Assembly (NCBI GenBank): GCA_003695675.1
Contig: RFIA01000194.1
Location: 11,964-75,963 of the forward strand
Reading direction: 5' to 3'
Length of the DNA stretch: 64,000 nucleotides
Origin: Chloroflexota bacterium
Lineage (GTDB): Bacteria > Chloroflexota > Anaerolineae > Aggregatilineales > Phototrophicaceae
The notes beneath the pieces are model-generated. The model was not told the DNA's origin. It did not search any database and was given only the letters and a program-made list of their open reading frames with translations. The first letter of the stretch is position 1; every line of letters begins with the position of its first letter. Made by a program: the position numbers and the translations under genes. This document shows, in pieces, positions 1 through 9,715 of this stretch.

Positions 1-769
1 CCAGCACATCATCCGTTGGCCCGTCACAGAGGAGTTCACCACGATGGAGGAGAATTGAACGTTCGCACATTTGCTTGATCTGTTCATCTGAGTGCGATAC
101 AAAAATAATCGTTTGCTCTTGATTGTCGCGTAATTCATCAATCTTGGCGATGCATTTTTGTTTAAAAGCTGTGTCACCAGCAGCAAGGACTTCATCCACA
201 AGAATGATGTCCGGAAATGTAAATATCGCGATGCTAAACCCAAGCCGCGCACGCATCCCCGCCGAATAATATTTGATTGGGCGGTCAATAAAATCACCGA
301 GTTCAGAAAAATCGATGATGGTTTCGATACTATCTTTAACATCATCGGGATGAAAACCATGTATCGCGGCATTCAAGTATATATTTTCTCGTCCACTACG
401 TTCATTGTCAAAACCGGTACCAAGAGACATCAACGTCACAAAACGACCGCGTACTTCCGCCCGGCCAGTTGTCGGCCTGCTAATACCCGTCAGGATGCGC
501 AGCAAAGTCGTTTTACCCGCACCATTGCGCCCGACTACTGCCACGCCCTCGCCACGTTTTACAGAAAACGTAACATCTTTGAGCGCCCAGAATGGCTCAC
601 TTTGCCATGGAAGTCCAGCAGATAACCCCAACCTCCGCTTGATAAACGACCCGGCTTCATGGCGTAATGAAGGACGAAATTCATTGCGAACATAACGTTT
701 TGATACATTGTCAACAATAACGACAATTTCATCGTCGGTGTATTGTTTTGTGTTTGCAGTATTGCTCAT
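1..769 (-). CDS. ABC transporter ATP-binding protein, polysaccharide/teichoic-acid exporter type (Wzt/TagH-like); C-terminus runs off the window
   Basis: Absent from the ORF track because there is no stop inside the window. My translation of the minus strand from the ATG at 769 gives MSNTANTKQYTDDEIVVIVDNVSKRYV...FSVKRGEGVAVVGRNGAGKTTLLRILTGIS (Walker A), YSAGMRARLGFSIA (signature), IILVDEVLAAGD (Walker B) and IIFVSHSDEQI (H-loop). It stays open to position 2. The ATG overlaps the TGA of the upstream permease (ATGA, 766-769). Confidence 0.85.
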   Translation of the reverse strand, partial: MSNTANTKQYTDDEIVVIVDNVSKRYVRNEFRPSLRHEAGSFIKRRLGLSAGLPWQSEPFWALKDVTFSVKRGEGVAVVGRNGAGKTTLLRILTGISRPTTGRAEVRGRFVTLMSLGTGFDNERSGRENIYLNAAIHGFHPDDVKDSIETIIDFSELGDFIDRPIKYYSAGMRARLGFSIAIFTFPDIILVDEVLAAGDTAFKQKCIAKIDELRDNQEQTIIFVSHSDEQIKQMCERSILLHRGELLCDGPTDDVL

Positions 770-2028
770 ACATAATCCGAAATCTTTGATTCATTCGCTT
801 TGAAATACAAATATCCGGTGAACATTAGAATCATGCCAACCACAAAAGGATAATATAATGCCACCCAATCGGGAGGTCGATTGAACAGAATGACTTCACG
901 ATAACCGTTAATAACCGGTACGAGTGGGTTAAATAGAATAAGCCATCTTAAGTTTTCAGGAATTCGGTCCGCCGGATAAATAACAGGTGTAAGATAAAAC
1001 ATCACCCGTAAGATAACCCCGATGAGTTGTGGTATGTCTCGAATAAGCACCGCGAAAAAACTCAGGTAAAAGACAAACCCTAACATGAGGGTCAGTTGAA
1101 TAAAAATGAGGATCGGCAAATAAATGAATGCTGGATTGGGCCACAAACCAACCAATCCGTTGACAACAAGCATTGCTGCGAACGTAAAGACAAGGTCAAC
1201 CAACGCCTCCCCAGTATGAACCAAGATGAGCACTTCACGCGGAAAATACACTTGATTAATCAAGCCCATGCCCCTAATCATGCTGTTCGTTCCAATGATG
1301 ATAACATGTGAAAATAATTGCCAGGCAACAAAACCCGGCAAGAAGAAAGAAACAAAATTCACCTCACCGACATCCATTCGCGGTAGAAACTTTCCAAAAA
1401 CCAACGCGAGCACCAACGACAAGCTCAAAGGTTGAATGATGATCCAGATGATACCGAGAAATGTTTGACTATAGCGAGAACGAATCGTGTAACGAATCCA
1501 GAGTGTGAGTAAGGCACGATTATGATATAACTTCATCAAATATGCTTGTATGTCATCTTCGTAGCGAGGATCCCTCAGACGAGGGAACAAGACATAAATC
1601 AGAAATATGAACCCAATGCTGATGCTCTCAAAATACGCCATCTGTAACAGAGAAACGTCCGGCAAAAAAGTGACGATGAAACCTGTTGCTATCATCAGGG
1701 CTGCGAATGTTTGCAACGCCATCCGATGCGAAAAAGAAAATCGTGTCGATTCACCTCGCAAAGAAGCCGCAAAGGCGGTGACAACCAAAACACTAAATAT
1801 CATAAATGGATAGAGCAATGGAGGTTGAGCAACATAAATGTCGCCCAATGTTTTACCAAAGGGTATGCGCAGTCGAAAGTTGACGGCAACCAACATCGCC
1901 GCAAAAAGAATACTGTAACTCGCTAGAAATTCGATCAGCAAGGGACGATTAAATTTTTGTATAAGATGAGGGAAATCAAATAGATGTTCCTCATGTGTTT
2001 GCTTGGTTGTTGCCATAAACATTCTCAA
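766..2028 (-). CDS. ABC-2 type exporter permease (Wzm/TagG-like) with an extra N-terminal membrane domain
   Basis: 420-aa ORF. The C-terminal ~255 aa fit the ABC-2 permease pattern (LWIRYTIRSRYSQTFLGIIWIIIQPL followed by multiple TM helices). The N-terminal ~165 aa add about four more hydrophobic helices. The stop overlaps the ATPase start. Confidence 0.8.
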   Translation of the reverse strand: MRMFMATTKQTHEEHLFDFPHLIQKFNRPLLIEFLASYSILFAAMLVAVNFRLRIPFGKTLGDIYVAQPPLLYPFMIFSVLVVTAFAASLRGESTRFSFSHRMALQTFAALMIATGFIVTFLPDVSLLQMAYFESISIGFIFLIYVLFPRLRDPRYEDDIQAYLMKLYHNRALLTLWIRYTIRSRYSQTFLGIIWIIIQPLSLSLVLALVFGKFLPRMDVGEVNFVSFFLPGFVAWQLFSHVIIIGTNSMIRGMGLINQVYFPREVLILVHTGEALVDLVFTFAAMLVVNGLVGLWPNPAFIYLPILIFIQLTLMLGFVFYLSFFAVLIRDIPQLIGVILRVMFYLTPVIYPADRIPENLRWLILFNPLVPVINGYREVILFNRPPDWVALYYPFVVGMILMFTGYLYFKANESKISDYV

Positions 2029-2076
2029 TAGATAATCGACATAGGGTCATTGTACAGCATAAGACAAATTATATCA

Positions 2077-2862
2077 TCATGATGAAGGGCGGAAGCGATG
2101 TCGCAAAAGCGCCCACACAAAACGTGGATTATAGACGATGTACCGCCGCCCTAAACGACGTGGTTCGCCAATGAGGCGATAGAACCATTCAAGCCCGATA
2201 CGCTGCATCCATCGTGGTGCTTGTCGCTTTGTACCGGCAAGAAAGTCGAACGCGGCACCAACACCAATGAGCACAGGTGCCGTCAAATAACGACGATGCT
2301 GCGCCATCCACAAATCTTGCTTTGGCGAACCTAGCCCGACCCAAACGATTTGCGCATCCAAAACATTCAGCCGGGCAATGGCCTCTGTGTCCGGCTCGTC
2401 AGTAAGCGCATGAAACGGCGGCGAAAATGTTGCCACAACCTGCAAACCGGGAAAGCGTTCTTGAAGCCGAGCCGCGAGTATTTCTGCTACCCCCGGTTCT
2501 CCCCCCCAGAAAACATGCTTAATTCCCTTTCGAACGGACTGTTCACACACCGCAAGCATCAAATCGGGGCCATAGACACGCTGCGCGTTAGGATAACCAC
2601 GACGACGTTGCAACCAAACGACAGGCATCCCATCTGCTGCAACCATGTCCGCACCGTTTACCGCTTTGCTAACAGACGGATTTTCTCGACACATCATGAT
2701 TGTATAAACAGGGCAAGTGGAAATATATCGGCGACGGGCTTCTTTCGCCCATTGTAGCACTGTCTCGACAGCTGTATCAAACGATTGCGCATGTGTCTTC
2801 ACGTCAAGAATGTTGACAATAGGTAATATCTGGGAATTATCTTCGCGCATCAGAACCAGCAA
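2077..2862 (-). CDS. WecG/TagA/CpsF family (GT26) glycosyltransferase
   Basis: 261 aa with the hallmarks GPDLM, VGLGSPKQDLW, GVGAAFDFLAG and EWFYRL. An internal ATG at 2850 would shorten the overlap with rhaB. Confidence 0.85.
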   Translation of the reverse strand: MLVLMREDNSQILPIVNILDVKTHAQSFDTAVETVLQWAKEARRRYISTCPVYTIMMCRENPSVSKAVNGADMVAADGMPVVWLQRRRGYPNAQRVYGPDLMLAVCEQSVRKGIKHVFWGGEPGVAEILAARLQERFPGLQVVATFSPPFHALTDEPDTEAIARLNVLDAQIVWVGLGSPKQDLWMAQHRRYLTAPVLIGVGAAFDFLAGTKRQAPRWMQRIGLEWFYRLIGEPRRLGRRYIVYNPRFVWALLRHRFRPSS

Positions 2863-4288
2863 TCAGTTGTTTGAAACGTTGATAAGTCTCGTCCCATATC
2901 GATGTATTTTGAGGCTCATAGTCAATCATACCCGTTGTTGCCCGCAAAATGTCCCGTGCTTGTGCAATATTATCAAGCTCACCAAGTGTAATCAATTGCA
3001 CAATGCCATTGCCAAGTGCAGTTGCTTCAACTGGCCCAGCGACCACCTGCCGCCCTATTGCATCGGCAGTCATCTGGCACAGCAATTTATTTTGCGAACC
3101 ACCGCCAATAATATGCAAACGTTCAACTGTTTTGCCGGTTAAGTCAATCAAATCATCCAACACAACACGATACTTGAACGCGAGACTCTCATAAATCGTG
3201 CGCATAATTTGCCCAACACTTTCGGGGAGGGGTTGTCCAGTATGCTGACAATATTCACGGATGCGGGCAGGCATATCGCCCGGCGGCAGGAACGACAAGT
3301 CATCGGGATCGATCAAACTGCGAAATGATTCGGCTTCGGCAGCAAGTGCGGTCAATTCATCAAATGTGTAATCGTTGCCTGCTGCCTTCCACGTCGCACG
3401 ACATTGTTGGTCAAGCCATAAGCCCATGACGTTCTTCAACAGACGAAATGTATTTCCTGCGCCACCTTCATTAGTCAAGTTCGCTTCATAAACACGGTCG
3501 TTGATAACCGGCTCCGAAATCTCAAGCCCAAAGAGACTCCACGTTCCACTGCTGAGGTAAGCAAAGTTGTCGTCACTCGCGGGCACAGCGACAACAGCGC
3601 TGCCTGTGTCATGGCAGGCAGGTTTAATCAACGGAATCCCCCGGAACTCACCTGCTGGGCTGCCCGGTGCGACAATGCGCGGGAAGATATTCAACGGAAT
3701 ATGCAATTCCCCCAATGTTTCGCGATCCCAATCGTGTGTGCGCGGATTGTAAAATTGTGTCGTCGTCGCGAATGTGAACTCGCAATTTTGCTCGCCACCA
3801 AGCCAATAGTTGAATAAGTCAGCGATAGTCAAGAAAGTATCAGCCGCTTCAAGCAATGGACTATGATCTCGAACTAAACTTGCAAGCTGGTAAAGTGTGT
3901 TCAACTGCATAAATTGAATACCGGTGCGGTCAAAAATTGTGCGCTTTGGCACGCGCTCAAAAACCCATTCCATCATGCCGTTCGTGCGGTTGTCACGATA
4001 ATGAACCGGATTCGCCAGCAGCTGCCCGTTACGGTCGAGCAAAGCGAAGTCAACGCCCCATGTATCAACACCGATACTCATCGCATTGTTGAGCGCTGCA
4101 TCGATGCCCATTTGTATCTCGTGCCACAAGCCAAGCACATCCCAATACAACGTCCCGGCAGCCGTAACAGGTCTATTCGGAAAACGATGCACCTGTTCAA
4201 GCTCCAGAATCTTGCCATCAAAAAGAACTTTCATCACACGCCCGGACTCTGCGCCGAGATCAACAGCAATGACATGTTTTTCACTCAT
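2837..4288 (-). CDS. rhaB: Rhamnulokinase (FGGY carbohydrate kinase)
   Basis: 483 aa. Motifs VIAVDLGAESGRV, WGVDFALLD and the C-terminal HIIGGGSQNKLLCQMTADA. Lies directly downstream of rhaEW on the same strand. Confidence 0.85.
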   Translation of the reverse strand: MSEKHVIAVDLGAESGRVMKVLFDGKILELEQVHRFPNRPVTAAGTLYWDVLGLWHEIQMGIDAALNNAMSIGVDTWGVDFALLDRNGQLLANPVHYRDNRTNGMMEWVFERVPKRTIFDRTGIQFMQLNTLYQLASLVRDHSPLLEAADTFLTIADLFNYWLGGEQNCEFTFATTTQFYNPRTHDWDRETLGELHIPLNIFPRIVAPGSPAGEFRGIPLIKPACHDTGSAVVAVPASDDNFAYLSSGTWSLFGLEISEPVINDRVYEANLTNEGGAGNTFRLLKNVMGLWLDQQCRATWKAAGNDYTFDELTALAAEAESFRSLIDPDDLSFLPPGDMPARIREYCQHTGQPLPESVGQIMRTIYESLAFKYRVVLDDLIDLTGKTVERLHIIGGGSQNKLLCQMTADAIGRQVVAGPVEATALGNGIVQLITLGELDNIAQARDILRATTGMIDYEPQNTSIWDETYQRFKQLIAGSDARR

Positions 4289-4351
4289 GATGACACCTCG
4301 TCCATCAAAATAATTATCGTAGAGTTTACATCGTTCGGCGAATTTTATATG

Positions 4352-6415
4352 CTATCGTACATACGCCGCCGCAACACCGCCATCGACGGTAAGCACGGCA
4401 CCCGTTGTCTTCGCGCTACGCGGCCCGGCAAGAAACGCAATGGCTTCGGCGAGGTCTTCCGGCAGAATCTCGACCTTGAGTGTGTTACGTTGCCGATAAA
4501 AATCGCTGAGGTCTTCGACATCAATACCGTATTGTTTGGCACGGGCTTCTTTCCAACCCGCATCCCAAATGCTGCTGCCACGAATGACAGCATCTGGCAA
4601 TACAGAATTGACTCGAATACCATAAGCCCCAACTTCTTCAGCTAGCGACCGTGCCATGTGTAATTCGGCAGCTTTCGCCGTACTATAGGCGACGGCACCT
4701 TTGCTCGCCATAATGCCATTCTTGCTGCTGACAAAAACCATCGTGCCACCCGTACCTTGACGTTTCATCACTTTGAAGGCCTCGCGTGCCATCAAAAAGT
4801 AACCCGTCGCAAGAATGTCGATGTTGCGTTGCCACATCGCAAGACTGGTGTCTTCTATCGATGCGCCGCCTGCGATACCCGCATTGTTGATGAGCACATC
4901 CAGACCGCCATAAGCCAACACGGTTTGGCGCAAAGCATTTTGCACGGCAACCTCATCGGTAACATCCGTATGGACGAATAACGCTCGCCCTTTACCATGA
5001 CGTTTCTCAACTTCGGTTTTTGTTTCTTCGCCACCTTCGTCATTGATGTCGGCAATTACGATATGGGCGCCATCTTCTGCGAGACGATAGGCTGTTTCGC
5101 GACCGATTCCACTTGCTGCCCCTGTGATGAGGACGACCTTCCCAGCGAAGTCGCGGTCGGGTGGCGCGAGTTTGAGTTTGTAGAGTTCGAGCGGCCAATA
5201 TTCGATATCGTAGGCTTCTTTTGGCGTCAAGCTGACGAATCCACCGAGCGCCTCGCTGTCACCAATGACTTGTATCGCACGATGATATAATTGGCGGCTG
5301 ACATCAGCATTCTTGACATCCTTGCCGGTATTGACCATCCCCACACCGGGAATAAGAATCACACGCGGTGAGGTGTCACGAATTTCATCGCCGGGCACTT
5401 TGTTTTCCTCAAAATATTGGGCATAACGTTGTTTATAATCAGCAATACCGTCGCGGATTTTCTCAGTTAGAACTTTAACACCTTCTGACGGTTGCCAATC
5501 GATAAATAATGGTTGGCGCTTCACATGGACGAGATGGTCAGGGCAGGCAACGCCAAGTTGACTCACTTCGCTGGTCTTCGCGCCTCCGACCATGTTCAGC
5601 ACCGTGTCGCTGCTATCAATCTGCAATATGGCGCTGCGCTCTGCCGAGACTGCGCCACGTATCACTGGGAGAACTTCAGCAAATACATTTTCGCGCTCTT
5701 CAACAGACAAAGGTTGTACCTTTAAGTCGCCAAAAACCTTCTTGCCTTTGCGTTTATCGGCAATGTAATCCTCAGCTTCTTGAATAATACGGATGGAGGT
5801 GTCATAAGCCGATTTGCTATCGTCACCCCAAGTCACGAGACCGTGTTTGCCCATCACAACACACTCGATATTCGGATTGTCACGCACTTTGCTACCGATC
5901 CACTTGCTCAATGTGAAGCCTGGTTTAATATAAGGCACATACGCCATTCGGTCGCCAAAAACGGCGCGCGCTTGTTGTTCGGCATCTTTGGTGCAAGCGA
6001 TGCTGATGATTGCGTCGGGATGGGTGTGGTCAACATGTTTGTAGGGCACAAAAGCGTGGAGGAGTGTCTCGATACTCTGACGTGGACGACCGGGTTCAAA
6101 AACTGTGCGTGCGAGATAATCGACCATTTCTTCGTCAGTCATCGCATCACGTTCAAACAATGGATAAATTTCTTCGAGTTTGAGCAATGCAAATTGCGGC
6201 TCGGTAATCGTAAGGACATCTGAACCCGATGCTTTGACGGCAAGCACATCGATTCTGCGCCCAACATGATCGGTCATAGTGAGTTTCGCACTGGTATTGC
6301 CGCCATAAATATTGACGACTCTTCTGTCTTGACCGAGTAAATTGCTGCGATATACGAGACCATCTAAGTCGGGCAAATTATTCGCATCCGAATCGTTCCA
6401 GAGATTTTCAGGCAT
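4352..6415 (-). CDS. rhaEW: Bifunctional L-rhamnulose-1-phosphate aldolase / L-lactaldehyde dehydrogenase (aldolase domain fused to SDR)
   Basis: 687 aa. An N-terminal class II aldolase-like domain is fused to a C-terminal short-chain dehydrogenase (VVLITGAASGIGRETA, YSTAKAA). This architecture matches RhaEW as characterised in Chloroflexus and Bacillus. Confidence 0.85.
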   Translation of the reverse strand: MPENLWNDSDANNLPDLDGLVYRSNLLGQDRRVVNIYGGNTSAKLTMTDHVGRRIDVLAVKASGSDVLTITEPQFALLKLEEIYPLFERDAMTDEEMVDYLARTVFEPGRPRQSIETLLHAFVPYKHVDHTHPDAIISIACTKDAEQQARAVFGDRMAYVPYIKPGFTLSKWIGSKVRDNPNIECVVMGKHGLVTWGDDSKSAYDTSIRIIQEAEDYIADKRKGKKVFGDLKVQPLSVEERENVFAEVLPVIRGAVSAERSAILQIDSSDTVLNMVGGAKTSEVSQLGVACPDHLVHVKRQPLFIDWQPSEGVKVLTEKIRDGIADYKQRYAQYFEENKVPGDEIRDTSPRVILIPGVGMVNTGKDVKNADVSRQLYHRAIQVIGDSEALGGFVSLTPKEAYDIEYWPLELYKLKLAPPDRDFAGKVVLITGAASGIGRETAYRLAEDGAHIVIADINDEGGEETKTEVEKRHGKGRALFVHTDVTDEVAVQNALRQTVLAYGGLDVLINNAGIAGGASIEDTSLAMWQRNIDILATGYFLMAREAFKVMKRQGTGGTMVFVSSKNGIMASKGAVAYSTAKAAELHMARSLAEEVGAYGIRVNSVLPDAVIRGSSIWDAGWKEARAKQYGIDVEDLSDFYRQRNTLKVEILPEDLAEAIAFLAGPRSAKTTGAVLTVDGGVAAAYVR

Positions 6416-6480
6416 AAGGATTACCCTTTTCAGTTGTTTGTGAAGTGGCGTGTTTTGCAGATAAAATTGTGTCGTGCAAA

Positions 6481-6496
6481 TTTAAATCGTTTACAA
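6481..6496. promoter_or_regulatory. Operator-like CG-centred palindrome (cre/LacI-family type) in the rhaEW/rhaI divergent region
   Basis: TTTAAATCGTTTACAA. It is 14/16 identical to the reverse complement of the site at 9007-9022 and lies 44 nt upstream of the rhaI ATG. Confidence 0.5.
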
Positions 6497-6539
6497 TCCC
6501 ATTTTACAATTTTTCAGACAAGAACAAAGGTGCTTTGTC

Positions 6540-7757
6540 ATGGACTATCAAGGTGATTATCAGCGATTAGCTGAACGTTTAACCGCGAAGGGCATCAATA
6601 TTGAAGATGTGAAAGCAAAACTGAAGCAGCAGCACATCGAGACACCATCATGGGGGTATGGCAATAGTGGTACTCGCTTCAAAGTTTTCCCTTGGCGAGG
6701 TGCTGCGCGAAATATTTACGAAAAACTTGATGATGCTGCTTATATTCATAAGTTGACGGGTATTGCGCCGAGTGTAGCGATACATATTCCGTGGGACAAA
6801 GTTGATGATTGGAATGCTCTTAATGACTACGCGAAGAGCAAGGGCGTGATCATTGGCGCAGTCAATCCGAATCTCTTTCAAGATGAGCAATATAAACTCG
6901 GCAGCATCACCCATCCGAGTCATTCGGTGCGCGAAGAAGCGATAGCTCATCTCGTCGAATGTTGTGAAATCATGAACAAAACGGGCAGCACATTGCTCAG
7001 TTTGTGGTTCGCTGATGGCACTAATTATGCTGGGCAAGACCACATCCGCGAACGTAAACATCGCATGGAAGAAGCACTCGCCGAAACATACAAGCACCTC
7101 CCCGCCGGGTCGCGTATGTTGTTGGAGTATAAATTTTTTGAACCCGCCTTTTATCATACTGACTTCGCCGATTGGGGCATGTCGTATGCCACAGCACTCA
7201 AACTTGGTGAACAAGCGCAGGTGCTTGTGGACACAGGACATCATGCACAAGGTACAAACATCGCGCATATTGTCGCTTTCTTGTTGGACGAAAAACGTCT
7301 TGGTGGATTTCATTTCAACGCTCGCAAATATGCTGACGATGATTTAATTGTTGGCACAGTGAATCCATTTGAGTTATTCGAGATATACACTGAACTCGTC
7401 TTAGCGGATGATCTCGCCAAAGATGTCGCTTACATGATTGACCAAAGCCACAACATTGAACCGAAACTTGAAGCCATGCTATTGAGCGTGCTCAATTGCC
7501 AAACAGCTTACGCGAGGGCCTTGATAGTTGACTACGCGAAATTGCATGAGCGTCAACAAACGGGCGATGTTCTTGGTGCGCATAGTATTTTAACAGATGC
7601 TTTCGATACCGATGTGCGTCCTCTATTGGCACAAGTACGCACAGAGATGGATTTACATCCCGACCCGCTCGCAGCATATCGCGCTGATGATTATGCGCAG
7701 CGAGTCGCCGACGAACGTGGCGTGGCAGAAACTGGTGGCGGTGGCTATCCCGGTTAG
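6540..7757 (+). CDS. rhaI: L-rhamnose isomerase, xylose-isomerase-like TIM barrel type
   Basis: 405 aa with [14 protein letters not shown] and VDTGHH motifs. Divergent from rhaEW. Confidence 0.85.
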   Translation: MDYQGDYQRLAERLTAKGINIEDVKAKLKQQHIETPSWGYGNSGTRFKVFPWRGAARNIYEKLDDAAYIHKLTGIAPSVAIHIPWDKVDDWNALNDYAKSKGVIIGAVNPNLFQDEQYKLGSITHPSHSVREEAIAHLVECCEIMNKTGSTLLSLWFADGTNYAGQDHIRERKHRMEEALAETYKHLPAGSRMLLEYKFFEPAFYHTDFADWGMSYATALKLGEQAQVLVDTGHHAQGTNIAHIVAFLLDEKRLGGFHFNARKYADDDLIVGTVNPFELFEIYTELVLADDLAKDVAYMIDQSHNIEPKLEAMLLSVLNCQTAYARALIVDYAKLHERQQTGDVLGAHSILTDAFDTDVRPLLAQVRTEMDLHPDPLAAYRADDYAQRVADERGVAETGGGGYPG

Positions 7758-7761
7758 AACG

Positions 7762-8916
7762 TTACAGCGCCTGCACAAGAATCTCACGCAATTCATCTGT
7801 CGTCAGTTTGATGGGGTTACCCTGCATCGAGCTGGCGACGGCAGCCTTTTCGACAATAACAGGGAAATCACTTTCACTAATCCCATACGATGCAAATGGC
7901 GCAACTTCAAGGTGGCTACACAACGCTTGTATCCACATAACGCCATCGGCTGCGGTTGCGTAAGCATCTCCGGTCAGCAAACGTGCTACATCATCATAAC
8001 GTTTGAGCGCTGGATTATCCGGTTCGCGTTGCTGCAGGGCTTTGACATTCGTCTCCATCACAAATGGGAGCAACCGCGCACAAACAGCACCGTGTGGCGC
8101 GTGGAACATGCCACCAATCGGCCCAGCGAAACCATGCACCGCCCCGAGTTTGCTATTGGCAAGCGCAAGTCCGCCGAATAGACTTGCCAACGACATATCG
8201 CGCCGTGCATCGACATCATTGCCATTACGATAGGCATTCAACAATGATCGCGCTGCAAGCGTGATGCCTTCTTTGGCAACCGCGTCTGTCAAGGGATTGG
8301 CGCGATTGCTGACATACGGCTCAATCACCTGCGTAAGCGCGTCGAGTCCAGTGGCTGCTGTGACGGATTGCGGTATTGAGTACGTCAATTCCGGGTCAAC
8401 CAACGCGATATTCGCCAACATCAACGGACTGCGCAGGCTGACTTTGACTTGATGCTCAGGCGACGCAATCACGGCATTGCGCGTGACTTCAGCACCCGTC
8501 CCGGCAGTGGTGGGAATCGCAATGAACGGTAGCGGTGGCGCAACAAGTGACTTCCCGGCACCGATAACCTCAAGATAATCAAGCAGGTCACCCTCATTGG
8601 TGACAAGCGCGGCGACGGCCTTCCCCGCATCGATGATGCTCCCTCCCCCAATGCTGATGACCATATCGCAATTCGATGATTTCAATTGGTCAACACCGTC
8701 GCGCACAATGTCAATCGTCGGTTCGCCGCGCATTGCAAATTCGGTATATTGCACTTTGCTTTTCGTTAAATATTCCAGCAAAGGATTCGCTTGTTGAAGT
8801 GAACCATCAACCACAACAAAGGCGTGCTCCCCTATCGCAGTTGCAAGTGTGCCAACTTCGGCCAACACACCGGCACCGAAGATAATACGTGTCGCAGTCG
8901 CAAATTCAAATCGCAT
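7762..8916 (-). CDS. Iron-containing alcohol dehydrogenase (possible lactaldehyde reductase)
   Basis: 384 aa in the Fe-ADH family (GGGSIIDAGKA, HGAVCARLLP region). The substrate assignment comes only from the rhamnose context. Confidence 0.8.
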   Translation of the reverse strand: MRFEFATATRIIFGAGVLAEVGTLATAIGEHAFVVVDGSLQQANPLLEYLTKSKVQYTEFAMRGEPTIDIVRDGVDQLKSSNCDMVISIGGGSIIDAGKAVAALVTNEGDLLDYLEVIGAGKSLVAPPLPFIAIPTTAGTGAEVTRNAVIASPEHQVKVSLRSPLMLANIALVDPELTYSIPQSVTAATGLDALTQVIEPYVSNRANPLTDAVAKEGITLAARSLLNAYRNGNDVDARRDMSLASLFGGLALANSKLGAVHGFAGPIGGMFHAPHGAVCARLLPFVMETNVKALQQREPDNPALKRYDDVARLLTGDAYATAADGVMWIQALCSHLEVAPFASYGISESDFPVIVEKAAVASSMQGNPIKLTTDELREILVQAL

Positions 8917-9006
8917 GAAGACTTTCCCCCATCATTGCCGTAAAATCAACAATCATAACGCAATTGCATAAAATATACTCCCCAATTGTGACATCATGCG
9001 CTACAA

Positions 9007-9022
9007 TTGTAAACGATTACAA
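9007..9022. promoter_or_regulatory. Operator-like CG-centred palindrome (cre/LacI-family type) upstream of the aldolase/PfkB operon
   Basis: TTGTAAACGATTACAA. The inner 14 nt, TGTAAACGATTACA, fit TGWAANCGNTNWCA at every constrained position. It lies 25 nt upstream of the ATG at 9047. Confidence 0.5.
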
Positions 9023-9046
9023 AATACTCAAATAGGGGATAACAAT

Positions 9047-9715
9047 ATGAACGCTCAAATCGACGAAACTCGCGCAAAAATTGCGATGTTCGGCGCATTA
9101 ATGTATGAACGGCATCTGACTGATGCAGGAGGGGGAAACATCAGCGCACGAGTGGGCGACAAAATTTGCATCACACCACGATATTCGGGGCAACGACGGC
9201 GTTGGCAACTTACACCGGAAGATGTACTAATATGTGATCTTGAAGGCAACAAACTCGAAGGTGACGGCGATATTTCACGCGAAGCAAAAGCACACTTCAA
9301 ATTGCTCAATGAATTCAAAGAGGTTGGCAGCGCAGTCATTCACGCACATTCACGCAACACACTTGTATTCTGCGCATTGTCGCGTCCGATACCGCCTGTG
9401 CTTGAGCAAACACTCAAATTTGGGACGATTCCGGTCGTCGAGTATGCGCCCGCTCACAGTGATGAATTGGCCGAAAATTTAGCAGCAGCGATACGTGGCA
9501 ATGAAGACCGTGTGCAAAAGCAAGCCGCGGCCGCCCTCGCTCCTTGGCACGGCGTCTTTGTATTGGGCAAAGACCTCGATATGGCTTACGACGCCGTGGA
9601 ACGTATCGACACAAATGCACATATCATTCTTGCCGCACAAACACTCGGTCTGGATGATGCCCTCGCCGAACAGCAAGCCCTGATGACCGAGACCGTCACC
9701 GCCCGCAAAGGATAA
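9047..9715 (+). CDS. Class II aldolase/adducin family protein
   Basis: The ATG at 9047 is preceded by GGGGA and gives 222 aa with GGGNISAR and VIHAHSRN motifs. The longer ORF-track start at 8996 would read through the operator-like palindrome at 9007-9022. Confidence 0.85.
   Translation: MNAQIDETRAKIAMFGALMYERHLTDAGGGNISARVGDKICITPRYSGQRRRWQLTPEDVLICDLEGNKLEGDGDISREAKAHFKLLNEFKEVGSAVIHAHSRNTLVFCALSRPIPPVLEQTLKFGTIPVVEYAPAHSDELAENLAAAIRGNEDRVQKQAAAALAPWHGVFVLGKDLDMAYDAVERIDTNAHIILAAQTLGLDDALAEQQALMTETVTARKG

Noticed and set aside
3914-4645. Long antisense or shadow ORFs: 3914-4645 (+), 6648-7313 (-), 13607-14317 (+), 37448-37978 (+), 44185-44715 (-), 53983-54798 (+)
   Set aside because: Each lies entirely inside a gene on the other strand that has clear family motifs. 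The translations are low in complexity, rich in Arg, Cys and His, and lack any recognisable domain or translation signals.
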